From an uncultured bacterium (GTDB taxonomy: Bacteria; Verrucomicrobiota; Kiritimatiellia; CAIKKV01; CAITUY01): a DNA stretch of 64,000 bases. The position numbers and the translations under genes were made by a program. The notes under the pieces were generated by a model. The model saw only the letters and a program-made list of their open reading frames with translations. It did not search any database and had not been told where the DNA came from. The DNA lies in the NCBI GenBank assembly GCA_903958395.1, contig CAJBSZ010000101.1, positions 3,894-67,893 of the forward strand, in the 5' to 3' direction. This document shows, piece after piece, positions 18,842-28,002 of the stretch. Each line of letters starts with the position of its first letter. Position 1 is the first letter of the stretch.

Positions 18842-20251
18842 TCAATAGGCGTTGGTGCGAGCCGTAAGGGTGCGGAGCAGGATTTTGAAGTCGAAGGACA
18901 GGGACCAATTTTCCAGGTAATAGAGGTCGTACTTGATCCGTTCCTCGATACTGGTATTGCCCCTCAGCCCATTGACCTGGGCCCAGCCGGTCATGCCCGG
19001 TTTGGAGACATGCCGCCACATGTAACGGTCAATGTCATCCTTGAACTTTTCCACAAAGTGCGGCCGCTCCGGCCTCGGCCCGATCAGGCTCATGTCGCCC
19101 CGCAGCACATTCCAGAGTTGGGGCAGTTCGTCAATGTTTGTGGTGCGGAGGAAGGATCCGATCCGGGTCCGGCGAGGATCATTTTCAATGGTCCAGACGG
19201 GGCCCGTCTCCTTTTCGGCGTCGGTTCGCATGGTTCGGAGCTTGTAGATACTGAATTCCTTGCCGTTTTCACCGCATCGTTTCTGTTTGTAGAAAACAGG
19301 ACCTGGCGAGGAGCGTTTCACCAGCAGGGCAACCAGCGCGAGGAAGGGGGCGATGACCAAAAGGCCTGCAAAGGCACCGCAGATATCCTCTATGCGTTTG
19401 AGGATCCGGTTCCAGAAATAGTCCAGCGGCCACCGGCTGACCCCGAGGAGGGGAATGTCGTCGATGGTCTGCATGTCCATGCTTCCGGTCATGATGCGGA
19501 ACATGTCAGGCACCATGTTGAAGGTGATCATATTTCGCTCGCAGGCGAGGATGATTTCCAAAACCCGTTGGTGGCCGATATTGCTGTCGCTCAGGATGAT
19601 CTGGTCTGCGGGATGGGAATCGAGAATTGTGTCAAGCTCCTGAAGTTCGCCACGGATCAGGTAATTTGGTAAAGCAGGGTCGATTTGGGCCGTTCCGGAT
19701 CGGATGAATCCAACTACTTTTGAACGGAGGCGGGGATCCGCCTCCAATCCGCGTTTCAGATGAGCGGCAACATAGTCCGTTCCCACGATCAGAATGCGTT
19801 TGGACTGATGGCCCCGGCGCGCCAGTCGGATTTCGAACCGGAACAGAAGATAACGCTCAACCATAACAAAGACCATAATGGTCAGAAAAGAGAGCCCGAT
19901 CGTGAGACGCGAGATAGGCGGTTCGGTGCGGAAGGCGAAAGCCAATGCCGTGGTCAGGAGGATCCCGATTCCGATGGATCGGATGAGCCTCGGGATTTTT
20001 CCGGAAAAGCTGCCGAGCTGGGGGCGGACATAAAGGCCGAGGGATCGGAAAATAAAAAGGAATATGAGGGTGGCAATGGCGGAGCCCCAGCCATAGAGAA
20101 AGCACAGGTTGGGCGGCCAGCTGTCCACCCCGATAAGTCCGCTGTAGAAACGGAGCCAGATGGCCGCGACAAACCCGCAGAAAATGGCCAGGGCATCGGC
20201 GGTTACGGCCAAGCCGCTCGTCAGCGCATCCATGGTGTCGCGTATTCGCAT
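18842..20251 (-). CDS. Undecaprenyl-phosphate glucose phosphotransferase (WcaJ-like)
   Basis: KRIED, DELPQLWNVLRGDMSLIGPRPE, KPGMTGWAQVNG and DLYYLENWS motifs. Confidence 0.93.
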   Translation of the reverse strand: MRIRDTMDALTSGLAVTADALAIFCGFVAAIWLRFYSGLIGVDSWPPNLCFLYGWGSAIATLIFLFIFRSLGLYVRPQLGSFSGKIPRLIRSIGIGILLTTALAFAFRTEPPISRLTIGLSFLTIMVFVMVERYLLFRFEIRLARRGHQSKRILIVGTDYVAAHLKRGLEADPRLRSKVVGFIRSGTAQIDPALPNYLIRGELQELDTILDSHPADQIILSDSNIGHQRVLEIILACERNMITFNMVPDMFRIMTGSMDMQTIDDIPLLGVSRWPLDYFWNRILKRIEDICGAFAGLLVIAPFLALVALLVKRSSPGPVFYKQKRCGENGKEFSIYKLRTMRTDAEKETGPVWTIENDPRRTRIGSFLRTTNIDELPQLWNVLRGDMSLIGPRPERPHFVEKFKDDIDRYMWRHVSKPGMTGWAQVNGLRGNTSIEERIKYDLYYLENWSLSFDFKILLRTLTARTNAY

Positions 20252-20252
20252 G

Positions 20253-20609
20253 TCAGGAAGGAATCACCTTGATCTGGATGTTCCATTCCCTGGCCAGCCA
20301 GTCCATGAATTCTGCCTGTTCATGAGGAAGGGTGTCAGCAAGCGTTTCGGAGAGAACGGTTCCCAGAATGAGTTCGCGCGCGTCGGGATTGGTGATGGTT
20401 TTCAGGAAAGCCTTGAGCGCGCTCCGGTCGGGAAAAAGACTTTCTGCCTCATCCGCCAGTTCATGAAAAGTATCGTCGCCCAGTTCATCGACAATATCCT
20501 CTATCTGGGCCACCTCCATATCGGTAATGGTACGGTCACTGATGACGGCGACTTCCGTCAAGGCCACAAGGGCGAGTTGCTCATTACGGGACAGTTCTTT
20601 CAAGGTCAT
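20253..20609 (-). CDS. Hypothetical acidic protein, possible TerB-like fold
   Basis: GAAAAGAAAGGA RBS region; helical; SDRTITDME and ADTLPHEQ resemble paired TerB motifs. Confidence 0.6.
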   Translation of the reverse strand: MTLKELSRNEQLALVALTEVAVISDRTITDMEVAQIEDIVDELGDDTFHELADEAESLFPDRSALKAFLKTITNPDARELILGTVLSETLADTLPHEQAEFMDWLAREWNIQIKVIPS

Positions 20610-20683
20610 GGAGGTCCTTTCTTTTCGATTCAGTGCTCAAGGTAGCATGATTTTCACTGAACTGCATCATCGGAATCGCCGGG

Positions 20684-23014
20684 TTACTCCAGGATCTGGA
20701 TTTCGGTTTCCAGCCGGATTCCTGACCGGCTCTTGACTTCCGCCCGGGTGATTTCGAGCACGGCCATTACATCGGAAGCCCGGGCAAGAGGGGTCGTGAC
20801 GATGACGTTGGCATGGTTCAGGGAAATCGAGGCGCCGCCCACAGTGAAACCCTTCAGTCCGGCCTGTTCGATCAACTGTCCTGCAAAGCCGCCGGGTGGA
20901 TTTTTAAAAATCGAACCCGCGGACCTCAGTCCTTTCATCCAGGCTCGGCGTTGCACCAGTTCCGCCCGTTCCCGGGATATCGCGTCGGGATCTCCGGGCG
21001 TCAGTTGAAAGGCGGCCTCGATGATAATTTGGTCGCGTAAGGCTGGACAGGAGCGATAGCCGAAGTCCAGGTCATTGCGATTGATGACGACTATCCGGTC
21101 ATCACGGTCAATGAAACGTACCCAGGCCAGGGTATCGGCGATGGATTTTCCCCAGGCGCCTGCATTACCCCGAACGGCGCCGCCGACGGTTCCGGGAATG
21201 GACTCGAGGAATTCCAATCCAGTCAGGCCCTGATTCGCGCACTCGTTGAGAAGTTTTGGCAGGGATGTTCCCGCCCCTGCCACCACGAGGCCTTCGTGCG
21301 CCGAGACGCGACGGAAGGGTTCCCCGGTCAGGCGCGCCACAACACCCCGGACACCCAGATCACTAATGAGGACATTGCTTCCGCCCCCCAGGATCTGGAA
21401 GGGGATCATGGCGGAGCGGGTCCATTTTATAATGTTAAGGAGGTCGTCCTCAGTGGCCACTTCCATCCAGAGATCGGCATGGCCACCGACGCCCAGTGTG
21501 GTGCGGTTGGCCAGTGGTTCGCGGCCTTTGATCAGGGTGGACTGCAGGTCAATTTCACGGATAGCCCGGCTCACGGGGCTAATGAGGTCCTCGATGCGTT
21601 TGCGGCCCAGATCGTCGCGGGCCCAGCTGGCAATACGTTCCACATCGCCCGCGCCAATAACCAGGAACGCATCGCCGATCTGCAATTGGCCGCGACAATA
21701 GTCCCAGGCGTTGCGAAGGGATGGGGCCACTGTGATATTCAGGTCCGGATGTTTCCGGCAAAGGGCGTACAGATCCCAAATAGATCCACCCGCGAGCGGG
21801 GCTTCCGAGGCGGCATAGACCGGGCACAATACGACTTCGTCCAATCCTTTGAAGGCGGGCGGGAAGTCGGGGCCCAAAGCCCGTGTCCGGGTGTAGCGGT
21901 GCGGCTGAAACACCGCCAGAATTCGGGGTCGGTTCAGGCGGCTTGTTGCGTTGACCAGAGCGGCGATTTCGGAGGGATGGTGGGCATAATCGGAGATGAC
22001 AACGAGGTCGGCTCGGTCAATGATCCGTTCAAACCGGCGGCGGGGCAGTGCCACTTTGGCGAGAGCCTCCCGGAGTACCGGCAGGGGGATTTCGAGCTCA
22101 AGCCCTACAGCAAGGCTTGAGATGGCATTCAGGACATTGTGACGGCCCGGTGCGGGAACTGTGAAGAGCCCCAGTGGAGTCCCCCTCTGCGAGAGGCGGA
22201 ACTCTGTCGAGACGGGGGTTTCCCGGAGGACTTCGGCGCTCAAGGCGGCATCCTTTGAAAATCCGAATGAGGTGGCAAGCGGGTGGGCTCCGCAGATCTT
22301 GGCGGCACGGGGATCATCGGCGCAAAACAGAATTCGGCGGCGTGTTTGCAGGATAAAAGTCCGGAAGCACTCCTCAAAGGCGTCCACGCCGTCGAAATGT
22401 TCCATATGGTCGAACTCGACATTCGTGACCACGGCGATGTCCGGGGCATACAGGGCGAGGGTACCGTCGCTTTCATCGGCCTCCACGACGGTGAGGCCCC
22501 CCGTGCCGATTCCTGCAACCCCGCCCAGGGGCTCTGCCTCACCGCCGATGCAGAAGGAAGGCGCGCGGCCCGCTTGGGTCAGGATCTGGGCAATGAAGGA
22601 TGAGGTGGTGGTTTTGCCATGGGTTCCGGCCACCGCCACGAAAGGGGTGTCGGCCAGCAGGGCGGCAAGCACCTGGCCCCGCTTGAAGACGGGGATTCCG
22701 CGAGTTATCGCCGCCTGGATTTCGTCGGAGGTTTCAGGGACGGCGGCACTGCGGACAACCCACTGGACATCAGGGGTCAGATGGGCGGGGGCATGGCGCT
22801 CAACGACCGTGATGCCCCGTTCCCGGAGCCAGCCTGCGAGTTTGTTGATCATCAGGTCGCAGCCTGAAACGGTGAAGCCCCGTGCCTTGAGCAAAATGGC
22901 GAGGCCGGCCATGCCGATGCCGCAAATGCCCGCAAAATGAACATGGCCGGAGCCAGACTGGATCCGTTGCGACAAGTGGGGGAGTGAGTTTTGGAGACTG
23001 AAAGGAGTGGTCAT
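20684..23014 (-). CDS. murC-murB: Fused UDP-N-acetylmuramate--L-alanine ligase / UDP-N-acetylenolpyruvoylglucosamine reductase
   Basis: MurC motifs GICGIGM, GTHGKTTT, EADESD, DYAHHP and FQPHRY, then MurB motifs GGGSN, IPGTVGGAVRGNAGA, SAGSIFKNP and HAN, all in one ORF. Confidence 0.93.
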   Translation of the reverse strand: MTTPFSLQNSLPHLSQRIQSGSGHVHFAGICGIGMAGLAILLKARGFTVSGCDLMINKLAGWLRERGITVVERHAPAHLTPDVQWVVRSAAVPETSDEIQAAITRGIPVFKRGQVLAALLADTPFVAVAGTHGKTTTSSFIAQILTQAGRAPSFCIGGEAEPLGGVAGIGTGGLTVVEADESDGTLALYAPDIAVVTNVEFDHMEHFDGVDAFEECFRTFILQTRRRILFCADDPRAAKICGAHPLATSFGFSKDAALSAEVLRETPVSTEFRLSQRGTPLGLFTVPAPGRHNVLNAISSLAVGLELEIPLPVLREALAKVALPRRRFERIIDRADLVVISDYAHHPSEIAALVNATSRLNRPRILAVFQPHRYTRTRALGPDFPPAFKGLDEVVLCPVYAASEAPLAGGSIWDLYALCRKHPDLNITVAPSLRNAWDYCRGQLQIGDAFLVIGAGDVERIASWARDDLGRKRIEDLISPVSRAIREIDLQSTLIKGREPLANRTTLGVGGHADLWMEVATEDDLLNIIKWTRSAMIPFQILGGGSNVLISDLGVRGVVARLTGEPFRRVSAHEGLVVAGAGTSLPKLLNECANQGLTGLEFLESIPGTVGGAVRGNAGAWGKSIADTLAWVRFIDRDDRIVVINRNDLDFGYRSCPALRDQIIIEAAFQLTPGDPDAISRERAELVQRRAWMKGLRSAGSIFKNPPGGFAGQLIEQAGLKGFTVGGASISLNHANVIVTTPLARASDVMAVLEITRAEVKSRSGIRLETEIQILE

Positions 23015-23251
23015 CGTGGCTATGAAATTGTGTCTTCAACCGGAGTCATTGGCACATAGTATTATTATTGATATCCTGATCAATCACTTTTCGTATGCCA
23101 ACGATCACAATCTGGTGAAAGACGACAAATCTTCTGTTCCATTCTTCTGGATCGGCAGGTATTTAGAGGCGTCTGCCTTGGAATATTTGATGCCGCCGTT
23201 GACGGGAGAGGGTGGGCTCGGCTAAAGTGACCCGGTTTTGAGTTCGCCATT

Positions 23252-24367
23252 ATGAAGATTATTGACCGATATATTTTGAAGCAGTACCTCGTTCCCTTCG
23301 GGTACATTCTGGGCACGTTCAGCCTGCTTTACATCATTTTGGATTTATTTGACCGGTTTTCTGATTTTGTGGCCGTCAAGGCGGATGCCCTGGATATCCT
23401 GCTATACTACGGCTATTTCCTGTTCAAGGTGAACGGGTTCGTTCCGTTTCTGGTCATGGTGCTTCCCATTGCGATGCTGCTCGCCACGCTGTACACCCTG
23501 ACGCTGTTCGCCCGGCATAATGAGCTTACGGCCATGTGCGCCAGCGGAGTCAGCCTGCGCCGCCTGATGGTACCCCTGATGGTTGTCGGGTTGCTCGCCA
23601 GTTTGTTCGGTGCCGTGGTTCAGGAAACCATAGGGCCGGTGGCAACACGCTGGATTGCAAACTACACTAAACAGGTGCTGAAGCGTTCGAGCGATTCGTC
23701 CTTTGTTGTGAGGGATTACCTGTATCATTCAGGAACTGCGAACCGGCAATGGTTGATTAAGGAACTTGATCAGCGAACACCCACCGTTCTGAAGGGTGTC
23801 AAGGTTACGCATGAACGGCCGGATCGTTCGCTGGTTAGGGAAATCACGGCGGATCGTGCCGAATGGATGGATGGGTCCTGGTGGTTTTACGGGGTGCGCC
23901 AGCGGGATTACAACGAAAAGAGCGATCCAGTCGGAGCCCAGACCGAGGTGTTGGATAAGCCTATTGAAATGACGGACTATGACGAGCAGCCTGATGATTT
24001 CATCAACGAACTCAAGGATGTGGACTTTCTCTCCACAGCCGATATGGTCCGCTCCATTCAAAAGCGGCCGGATGTCTCCGGGCGATGGCTGGCAAAGCGG
24101 TTGACTGACATCAATTCCCGGGTGGCAATGCCCTGGTCCTGCCTGGTTCTGATTTTGTTGGGGCTGCCTGCCGCCCTCGGAGGGGGACGACAGTCGGCAA
24201 TGCGAAGTGTGGCCTTCGGGGTGGTCGCTTTGTTTGCCTTCTATGTGCTGATCCAGATGGGGATGATTCTTGGCAAGCGGGAGCTCATTTCCCCCTGGCT
24301 TGCCGGCTGGCTCCCGAATCTTACATTTCTGGGGATTGGCGGCTGGCTGACCTGGCGGTTGCGATAG
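23252..24367 (+). CDS. lptG: LPS export permease (LptF/LptG family)
   Basis: MKIIDRYIL start; HNELTAMCASGVSL and PWLAGWLPN motifs. Confidence 0.87.
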   Translation: MKIIDRYILKQYLVPFGYILGTFSLLYIILDLFDRFSDFVAVKADALDILLYYGYFLFKVNGFVPFLVMVLPIAMLLATLYTLTLFARHNELTAMCASGVSLRRLMVPLMVVGLLASLFGAVVQETIGPVATRWIANYTKQVLKRSSDSSFVVRDYLYHSGTANRQWLIKELDQRTPTVLKGVKVTHERPDRSLVREITADRAEWMDGSWWFYGVRQRDYNEKSDPVGAQTEVLDKPIEMTDYDEQPDDFINELKDVDFLSTADMVRSIQKRPDVSGRWLAKRLTDINSRVAMPWSCLVLILLGLPAALGGGRQSAMRSVAFGVVALFAFYVLIQMGMILGKRELISPWLAGWLPNLTFLGIGGWLTWRLR

Positions 24368-25178
24368 TCGACAGCTTCTTTTTGAGCGTCCACACCAGAA
24401 GGGAAATGCCGCCCAGAGCGAGCATCGCGAGGGTGATCTGTGCGATGGAATGAGCCAGGGTTTCCTTGCTGAACCCCTTCCCCAAGCCGCTCCCGATTGC
24501 TGCCACCAGGGCGGAACTGGGCAGATATCCCAAAAAAGAACCCAGCAGGAAATACCGGTGCTTAACCGGAGTCAGCCCCAGAATGAGATTGGGAACCACT
24601 CCAGCAATGGGAAGCTGGCGCACCAGGAAGATGGTGAACGTCGAGGGCTTCTTGAGCAGATCGCGCAGTCGACGGTTCTTTTCGATACGCTTCATCACCC
24701 AGTCCCGTCCACCCCAGCGGGCAAAGATAAAGGTGGTGTAGGAGCCGAAAAGGGCGGAGAGCTGACCGACGATGAAACCGGTTTGAAACCCGAACAGGAC
24801 GGCCGCCAGGCCGCACAGGAACATACGGGGAATGCCGATGGCAATCAGGCCGGTGCTGACCAGAAAGAATAATGTGGACGCCCAGATCCCGAAGTGCTGG
24901 ATGGTGTGCTTCCAGGCCTGATCGTTGGTGAGTTTCTGCAGGGGTGTGAAATGCACGATGGCGATGCAGACCACCACCACCAGCGCCATGAGTAGAAGTT
25001 TCTGTTCCGATTTTCCGGCTGACTCCGCAACCTCGAGTTCCAGTTCAATGGGGACCGGATCCGGCTCATCCGAAGGAGTGGGCGTGGGTGGCGTCGTTGA
25101 TGACCCCGGCGGAGAATTGGGTGTGGCTCCCTCAAATGTTGAAGGATCCGTGTTTCGTTCATCAAATTCTTCGCTCAT
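24321..25178 (-). CDS. DedA/TVP38 (VTT-domain) membrane protein
   Basis: GIPRMFLCGLAAVLFG, ARWGGRDWV and RQLPIAGVVPN motifs; acidic Pro-rich N-terminal tail. Confidence 0.85.
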   Translation of the reverse strand: MSEEFDERNTDPSTFEGATPNSPPGSSTTPPTPTPSDEPDPVPIELELEVAESAGKSEQKLLLMALVVVVCIAIVHFTPLQKLTNDQAWKHTIQHFGIWASTLFFLVSTGLIAIGIPRMFLCGLAAVLFGFQTGFIVGQLSALFGSYTTFIFARWGGRDWVMKRIEKNRRLRDLLKKPSTFTIFLVRQLPIAGVVPNLILGLTPVKHRYFLLGSFLGYLPSSALVAAIGSGLGKGFSKETLAHSIAQITLAMLALGGISLLVWTLKKKLSTIATARSASRQSPEM

Positions 25179-25180
25179 GG

Positions 25181-27553
25181 TTATTTGTCCCTCGCCAGGA
25201 TGTGGATTGCGACCCACTTCCCCTGAGAATAGTTGAAGCCCGGGATGATATCCAGCGTTTGAATTCCAGGGGTGTTCAAGGCCTCCCGGAAGGGGTTCAG
25301 TCGGGTTTCCGTGACGACCAGGATTCCTTTCCCGGGTGCCGCCGCCCAGGCCGGGAGGTCGGGCCCCTCGAGGGAAATGAGGGGCGCTTTCCTGCCCAGA
25401 TAAAAATTCAGGCTCGGTTCGCCGTACCCGCAGGTGGTTACCGGGGTGTCCGGGCTGGCTTGTTCCTGGATAAAAGACGCGATGAGCGGTGCCACTTTAT
25501 AGGATTCCACTGCGGGGAGCAGGAACAATGCGGTGGAAAGAAAAGCCGTCATCATGCCCGCGATCAGGATTCCGGCCACCGTCCCGTGTCGGGCGCGCTG
25601 GTAATGTCGCCACACCAGAAAGACCATGGTGAGAAAAATGACTCCGACTCCCGTGGCGGGAACTCGTACTCCGAAAACTGGGAGGAACCAGGGTACGCTG
25701 ATCAGGGCGAGGCCGAGACTGAGGCCGACCAGAAGAAATAGACCGAGCCCGATCCGGGCGGCAAGGGTTCGGTTTCCGGCCAGCCCCTCACTCATGGCCC
25801 GCTGAAGTCCCAGCGCCGTGGCAATGGCCAGCGCCGGCCAGGCGGGCAGGATGTAGTGGGGCAGTTTGGTCGCCACCAGACTCATCAGGAGAATGACCGG
25901 CACTCCCCAGCAGAGAAGAAGTTTTCTCCCGCTCCCTTCAGGGGAGCGGGTTGGGGTGAGGATGCTGCGTCCGGAAAAGAGTCGCGGCAGATAGAGTGTC
26001 CATGGGAAAAAAGCTAGGAGAATGACCGGCAGATAATAGAAATAAAACACAAAGGACTGTCCGCCGTGGCTTTCCATGGCATTCAGGGAGCGGGCGACGA
26101 CATGTTTCCCAATACCCAGACGCAGAAACTCGCCGTTGGTTGCGGCATTGGCCGGAAGGCCCCACGCCAAAAACAACACCGTGGCCGATGCCACGGCGAA
26201 GATAAGCCATCCCAGATAAGGGAGCGGACGGAGAACTCCTCCTTTGGCAAAGATCATGATGGCGGCTATGACCAGGAGCGGGACGGCTAGCCCAACCGGG
26301 CCTTTTGTCAGGATGGCCCCCGCCAGCGCGAGGATCATCAGGGGAAGGTGCCAGACCTTGAATCCCCGGAACCATGACAATAGGAAGGTTGAGATGGCCC
26401 CGGTGATGCAGGCGAGGAGCAGGGCGTCGGTTGTGGCGGCGGTTCCGCTGACGGCCATGAGGGGGGAGAGCATCAGGATCAGGCCTGCTATGAGGGCCGG
26501 CTTGGGGCCGGTCAGGCGGCGGGCAATCCAGACTGTGAGCAGGGCTGTGATCAGCGTGGCGATGGGCGCTACCAGGCGGCAGGCCAGTTCGGAGGGGCCG
26601 AGGAGGCGGACCGGCAGTGACATGAGCCAGTAGATCAGGATGGGTTTATCGGCCCGCAACTGGCCATTGAAGGTGGGGACGAGATAGTTTCCGGATTCCA
26701 CCATCTCGACGGTCGCACGCGAAAACCGGGGCTCATCGCGATCCCACAGCGACGAGGCGGCGCAGAGCGAGAGGTAGAGAGTGAAAATGAGTGCGAAAAG
26801 CAAAATGGAACTTCGCATGGGTTTTTTCTGCCATGCAGGAAAAAGACGGGCGATCAACAGGAAGCCGCCCAGTGGGCCCCAGATTCGAAGGAAATCCAGA
26901 ACAAAGGGCGTGGCGCGGGCCCAGGCGAGGTTGATGACAGCAAAGGCGATAATCAGAATTCCGGCGATGAAAAACCAGCGGCGGGGCGGCCGCCAGTGCC
27001 ACCTTCGAAGAATGGCCAGGGCGACGGCGGAGGCGATCAGGCCGAGCGCGGCGCCCGTGAGGGCATCACTGGGGAAATGCCGGCCGTCATAGATCCGGCC
27101 GGTGATCACGCCGCCCGTGATCACGGCGGCGAGGGGTGCGGTCCACGGCGAAGCAGTCAGTAGGGGGGCGCAGAAAGCGGCGGCCGTGGCGACATCTCCG
27201 CTGGGAAATGACTCATCATTTGTAAAGGCCGGGCGTTCGCGTCCTACAACGATTTTGAGAGGTGTGACCAGAATGGCGACCACGCCGAGAGCCAGCAGGA
27301 TGTGCATCGCTTTCCGACGTGCCCCGGCCACTCCCAATGCAGCAATGATGAGGAGAATGACGTCGCCTTTCCCGAAAGGGCGGACGAGATTCAGGAGTTC
27401 CTGGACAATATGGATTTTTCCAACCCGGTGGGAAAAGGTTCGCAGGGTCTGGTAGATAGCGGAATCAAGCGGAAAAATCAGAGCCGCAACCGCCAGCAGG
27501 AGGGCGGCGGGCAGAAGGTAAGACACATAGACTGATTTAACCGGTTGCTTCAT
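25181..27553 (-). CDS. PAP2 phosphatase / ArnT-like glycosyltransferase fusion
   Basis: N-terminal KIVVGRERP, SFPSGD and RIYDGRHFPSD; C-terminal WDRDEPRF, DKPIL, LTKGPVG and TKLPHYILP. Confidence 0.88.
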   Translation of the reverse strand: MKQPVKSVYVSYLLPAALLLAVAALIFPLDSAIYQTLRTFSHRVGKIHIVQELLNLVRPFGKGDVILLIIAALGVAGARRKAMHILLALGVVAILVTPLKIVVGRERPAFTNDESFPSGDVATAAAFCAPLLTASPWTAPLAAVITGGVITGRIYDGRHFPSDALTGAALGLIASAVALAILRRWHWRPPRRWFFIAGILIIAFAVINLAWARATPFVLDFLRIWGPLGGFLLIARLFPAWQKKPMRSSILLFALIFTLYLSLCAASSLWDRDEPRFSRATVEMVESGNYLVPTFNGQLRADKPILIYWLMSLPVRLLGPSELACRLVAPIATLITALLTVWIARRLTGPKPALIAGLILMLSPLMAVSGTAATTDALLLACITGAISTFLLSWFRGFKVWHLPLMILALAGAILTKGPVGLAVPLLVIAAIMIFAKGGVLRPLPYLGWLIFAVASATVLFLAWGLPANAATNGEFLRLGIGKHVVARSLNAMESHGGQSFVFYFYYLPVILLAFFPWTLYLPRLFSGRSILTPTRSPEGSGRKLLLCWGVPVILLMSLVATKLPHYILPAWPALAIATALGLQRAMSEGLAGNRTLAARIGLGLFLLVGLSLGLALISVPWFLPVFGVRVPATGVGVIFLTMVFLVWRHYQRARHGTVAGILIAGMMTAFLSTALFLLPAVESYKVAPLIASFIQEQASPDTPVTTCGYGEPSLNFYLGRKAPLISLEGPDLPAWAAAPGKGILVVTETRLNPFREALNTPGIQTLDIIPGFNYSQGKWVAIHILARDK

Positions 27554-27610
27554 AAACCCCCAATCAAACCATGGGTGGCGTCAGAGTCAAGGAAATCAAT
27601 TTATATGATA

Positions 27611-27639
27611 TTGACTTGGGGGGTGTTTCTGGGCATGGT
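27611..27639 (+). promoter_or_regulatory. Putative sigma70 promoter of the small basic protein gene
   Basis: TTGACT-17 nt-CATGGT preceded by an AT-rich tract. Confidence 0.5.
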
Positions 27640-27703
27640 GTGCGCCCGTGCATTCCGGTGCATCTGTGTATTGAAGCAATGTATTGAGAGGGAAGGTGTT
27701 GCC

Positions 27704-27889
27704 ATGTCTGGAAAAGGTGTAGATACCCGTATGGGACGGCCTGTTAAGGGTGCGTCCGACAAGAAGCGTCGCGAAAAGGTTCAAGCTCTCCGTTTGATCG
27801 GGTTGGGTGTTCCTGAAGCAACGGTGAAGAAGATGAATCCGACCGAGGTTCGCACGATGTTGAAGCGGCCGGCCAAGTTGAAAAAGTAA
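27704..27889 (+). CDS. Small basic hypothetical protein (61 aa)
   Basis: GAGGGAAGG RBS; own promoter and terminator; 18 K/R versus 5 D/E. Confidence 0.7.
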   Translation: MSGKGVDTRMGRPVKGASDKKRREKVQALRLIGLGVPEATVKKMNPTEVRTMLKRPAKLKK

Positions 27890-27916
27890 TAGAGGCCGTT
27901 TTCTTCGAAATCGATC

Positions 27917-27954
27917 CGCCAGCCTGACCGCTCCGGTCAGTCTGGCGTTTTTTT
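27917..27954 (+). terminator. Rho-independent terminator
   Basis: CGCCAG-C-CTGACCG / CGGTCAG-T-CTGGCG hairpin followed by T7. Confidence 0.8.
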
Positions 27955-28002
27955 GTTTCATTCCCCGGATTCTGTGGCGTACTCTATAGCAGAGTGTGAT
28001 CC

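Noticed and set aside
18816..19019. N-terminal extension of the ArnT-like ORF
   Set aside because: Overlaps the WcaJ-like gene in another frame; GTG 18815 is a more plausible start
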